Of a stretch of 64,000 nucleotides of DNA, positions 60,610-64,000 are shown in pieces. The stretch is taken from assembly GCA_046563655.1 (NCBI GenBank), contig CM102287.1, positions 1,364,001-1,428,000 on the forward strand, in the 5' to 3' direction. Both the position numbers and the translations under genes were made by a program. Numbering within the stretch: position 1 is the stretch's first letter; each line of letters opens with the position of its first letter. The notes beneath the pieces were generated by a model. The model searched no databases and was not told where the DNA came from. It saw nothing but the letters and a program-made list of their open reading frames with translations. Source of the DNA: Yuukianura sp. NJ FZ-2021 (taxonomy: Eukaryota).

Positions 60610-61092
60610 ATGGCTCTGTTCAAAGTTCTTGTGCTCGTTTCGTTTTGTGTCGTTGTGACATGTAACCACACTGCCACCATCTGCGAAGAGTGTGTCGTTT
60701 CTGGCTTCCCGTTTGTCAAAACTTGGAAAGTGTTTGCTCGAGAACATACATTTTGCGGAAACGATTCATCAAAATTCAGAGCCGGCCAAGTTTTAATGAA
60801 TGTCGCAAGTGTTCGCTCGGATTGTGTGCAGTTTAGGTACCACAAGGATTCGTACCTTGGAAGTCTTTGGCTTGAGGTCATGAACTCGCGTGACCTTGAA
60901 AGTGTGGGGGATGTTATTCGCACAATGGCTCCAGAAAATTCGAATCTCCCCAACTGTTTGTTTACCATACTTGGAGCACTAATTTCCGGATTTGCATTTT
61001 ATCTTGGAGTGAATAAAAGGCCCTTGAACTGTGCATCAGTGCTTCAGTGCTTTGACCGACTTCGGAAGGTCAACAACTCCCCACCCCAGTGA
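60610..61092 (+). CDS. Type I membrane protein, ~160 aa
   Basis: ACCATGG start; signal MALFKVLVLVSFCVVVT; CNHTATICEECVVSGFPF; TM LFTILGALISGFAFYLGV followed by NKR. Confidence 0.72.
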   Translation: MALFKVLVLVSFCVVVTCNHTATICEECVVSGFPFVKTWKVFAREHTFCGNDSSKFRAGQVLMNVASVRSDCVQFRYHKDSYLGSLWLEVMNSRDLESVGDVIRTMAPENSNLPNCLFTILGALISGFAFYLGVNKRPLNCASVLQCFDRLRKVNNSPPQ

Positions 61093-61435
61093 CAGTGCAC
61101 AGTGCAGTTGTTACTGTTAAACATTTTTCAAAACAACAGAGTAAAAAGTTTTCAAAGTTCATTAATTCTTAAAAACTTAAAGAAAATAAAAAGTTTCAAA
61201 AATTGATTCGTTGTTGGAGAGTTTGTCATTTATTTTTCAAAATGGCATCATTTTTGACAGTGAAAAAAAATAGAAAGTTGAAAAATAATGCACCAAAGTT
61301 TACAAATGTAAGGCCAATTTAAAAATTTTGCGAGTTTTCACAATTTCGAAATTAATTTGCTACATTTTTTAGTTTACTTGTGGATTTAAATCTGGAGGTA
61401 AAGTTTGTGGATTCAAAAGTAAAACATACCAGAAC

Positions 61436-64000
61436 ATGGACCAGCATACAGAAGACATTCACGAGTGCTTTGGGTGCGGAAAATCGTTTATGAATCATAG
61501 AAAAGATCACGTGTGTACTGCAGTAGCGCGCGACTCTCCAAAGTTTTTGGGACCGAAAAAGAATCAAATTGACACGTCGGTTTTCAAAGAAGCCGACTTT
61601 TCATGCAAAGGTTCAGTGATGGTGTATGTGTATACGGTCCCGGAAGTGGATCCACCCATTGCAATTGTGCCAAAATTAATGACGGAACTCTACGATCCAA
61701 CAGAAAAACTCATTACCCAACTACTATCCCACTTTAAGGGAATCAGAATTTCCCTCAAATTAATCGTGGACATGGTAGAATTGAAATATAGCATCAGATT
61801 ACCAGACATTCCAGTTTCAAGTCCATTCACCACAGTGACTCACCCCAACTTTATTCCACGAGTCATTGCGCAAACTACTTCTTTTGTGGTCGGTTCGCTC
61901 GATTTGTTTCTCCAGGTACAATTTTTAAAAACTAGTTTTGGGCAAAAGTAAATTTGTTACAATGAAATACTTCTAGCGAGGGAGTGATTGGAGGGTAGAA
62001 CGAATTAAACAAGTTCAAGTGCACTGTGGTGCATATCAACCTTTGGTTGGACGACAGTATATCGAACTACCAAAGGAACTCAAAGGAAAGCACGGCCTTG
62101 TAAATATTCGGACATCCAACTGTTTTGAATTGTCAGTGTATTGCTGCATTTTTCAAAAAGACATGGTCAACGGCGCACTGTTTGCTAGACGCCTGGTGGC
62201 CGCCAAACCTCCGAAAGACATGGTTAAATTTCGTCGCCGAATATTGTCAAACTCGTCAAACTACGAAGTTTTAGTTGAGCGTCAGTACTTGAAACTAACT
62301 CCGAGAATGAAAACTGATGGAGTTTCGGTTTTGGATTTGGATGAAGTTGAAGACTTGAATCCCAGTCTCTCCCTCAACCTTTATCGGTTTGAACAAGGTC
62401 AGCTTGAAATTTCAAGGTCAACTCCAAGCGTGAGAAAACATCATGTCAACTTGCTTCAAATTGAAGACGGAAAAAACTCACACTTTGTTGCAATTACTGA
62501 TTTTTCAAAACTAAATGCCCAATTTCATCAAAGTAATAAATTTCATTATTGCCCAAAGTGTCACAAAAAGTCACATTTTCCAAAAGCCAGTGCGAGTAGT
62601 TGTTGTGAAAGTGAAGTGATTGCGCAGGCGTCAAAAAAAAAGTATTTTGAATTTGATCAGTGGCATCAACTCCTTCAAATTCCATTCATCATGTACCACA
62701 AATTTTACTTTGTCGACGAAAAATCCCGTGTTTGTGACGTGACTAGTATTTCTACAAAAGTTCCTGTTGGGTTTTCGTATTTTTTGTTTGGCGATGGCGA
62801 TGGAAAAATTGTGGCGACAGAAACACATTTTGGCTTGGATGTAATGGAAAAATTTATTGAAGTGGCGCTGAAATGGGCAGCCTTTGCCGTGGATAGCATC
62901 GAACGTGTCAATTGTCCAATTCATTGGACAGAAGAGGAACAATTGCGACACAAACAAACTTTGACTTGCGACATTTGCCAAGGTTAGGACAGAATCATTT
63001 TGTTTTTGACAAGTTTTATAATTTAACATTTTAAATTTAAAGGCATTTTTACAAACCAAGACCCGAGTTGCGCACACCACGATCACAGGAAATTGTTTGG
63101 CAATTTCATTGGAAGCATTCATCAGTCACACAATTTACAAATTAAACACAAACATGTGCTGCCATCATTTTCCTTTTGTCATGATTACGAGCTGAAATTA
63201 CTACTTTCCAAATCAATTGAAAAATTGCAAAAGGATCCTTGGATCATCAGCGCCAAGGACGGCAAGATGCTGGGACTAATTTTTGACAGAATATTGAAAA
63301 TTAATCAAATTCAAAATTTTCGGCCCGACACGACCTTGGAGAATTTGGTGGAAGAACTCGTGGCTTCAAATCACAAATTTCCAATAATTTCCAAGTTTTT
63401 ACGAGAGGAATGTCAAGGTCAACTTGACCCAGAGTGGTTTATAACAGGAAAAGTGCAGTTTCCCAAATTTGCTTCCGTACAAGAGTTTCTTTCCAACTTT
63501 TGGACCAACGATCCTCTTCCAATGGAAAAATTTATTCAAATGTTGGGTGAAAGTGCTTCAAAAGAGTCGGTGTTTGTTTTTGAAATGTATGCCAATTCCA
63601 ACCTCATGAAATATGTGAAATTGCTTCTAAGTGTGCAGTGCCTAGTGCAAGCCGAAGTGTTTGAAAAGCAACGAAGCATAAATTGGAACGAATTTGGCCT
63701 TGAACTGGCGGGAAGTTGGACAATAAATGGCTACGCCTTCAATGCTGCTGCCTTCATGGGAAAAGTTAAAATTGAATACTTGAATGACGAACAGTTTATT
63801 GAGGACGTGGACAGGGGTTTAATGGCGGGAATTCAAGTGTTAAACAAACGAAAAGTTTTGTGCAACACTGACAGATTTGGCGCAGAATATTTTGACCCCA
63901 CACGACCTCGAATCGAGTGTCTGAGTTGTGACGTGAGTGGGAGCTACCCTTCTGTGTGCCTTGGGCCTTTGCCCTATGGTAATTACCGCCAAATGACCTC
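61436..64000 (+). CDS. pPolB: Protein-primed family B DNA polymerase (Polinton pPolB), partial; exons 61436-61915, 61977-62982, 63043->64000
   Basis: Splicing restores FLQRGSDW...AYQPLVGRQYIELPKEL...LVNI..NCF; HVNLLQI..SHFVAITDFSKL; CDICQG..HHDH..GNFIGSIH..HNL (endonuclease VII-like insert); AEVFE..FGLE; RGLMAG; polymerase motif A DVSGSYP..LPYG (63930-63980). The third exon is open to the window end. Confidence 0.9.

Larger units (their letters stand above)
48294..64000 (+). mobile_element. Polinton/Maverick (adintovirus-like endogenous DNA virus), left part; continues beyond the window
   Basis: Abrupt junction with the satellite, C-rich terminal region, retroviral-type integrase, PX-like minor capsid, PY-like major capsid and protein-primed family B polymerase. 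The exact left end is uncertain by a few bp; the right end and TSD are not in the window. Confidence 0.93.

Noticed and set aside
59943..63122. ORFs 59943-60374 (+), 60423-60968 (-), 62631-63122 (-) and similar
   Set aside because: Non-ATG or antisense overlaps of better-supported genes.

Overview
Eukaryotic (animal, probably arthropod) heterochromatic window. About 38 kb of 1-48294 is a head-to-tail ~190-bp satellite array (roughly 195 monomers, with a 100-N gap at 9640-9739). The ~62-aa 'MLSIKAYN...' ORFs are artefacts of this repeat. The array contains three insertions: (i) a Ty1/copia LTR retrotransposon cut off by the gap (6052-9639); (ii) a 222-bp TTAA-flanked piggyBac-type MITE (20298-20519); (iii) a full-length copy of the same copia element (34626-41536; 440-bp LTRs, CCCAG target duplication). 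In that copy pol runs in frame into a ~550-aa class I viral fusion (Env-like) glycoprotein with signal peptide, furin site, fusion peptide, heptad repeat and TM anchor. Its primer-binding site matches the anticodon arm of tRNA-Ile(IAU). From ~48294 to the window end lies the left part of a large Polinton/Maverick element: integrase, minor and major capsid, basic core-like protein and pPolB. Its genes carry about 12 spliceosomal introns, and its accessory genes include a BIR-RING IAP, a PIF1 helicase and two related membrane proteins; the pPolB proofreading residues appear lost. The best candidates for new biology are the envelope-bearing single-ORF copia and the intron-rich Polinton. All protein assignments come from motif recognition by eye; no database searches were run.
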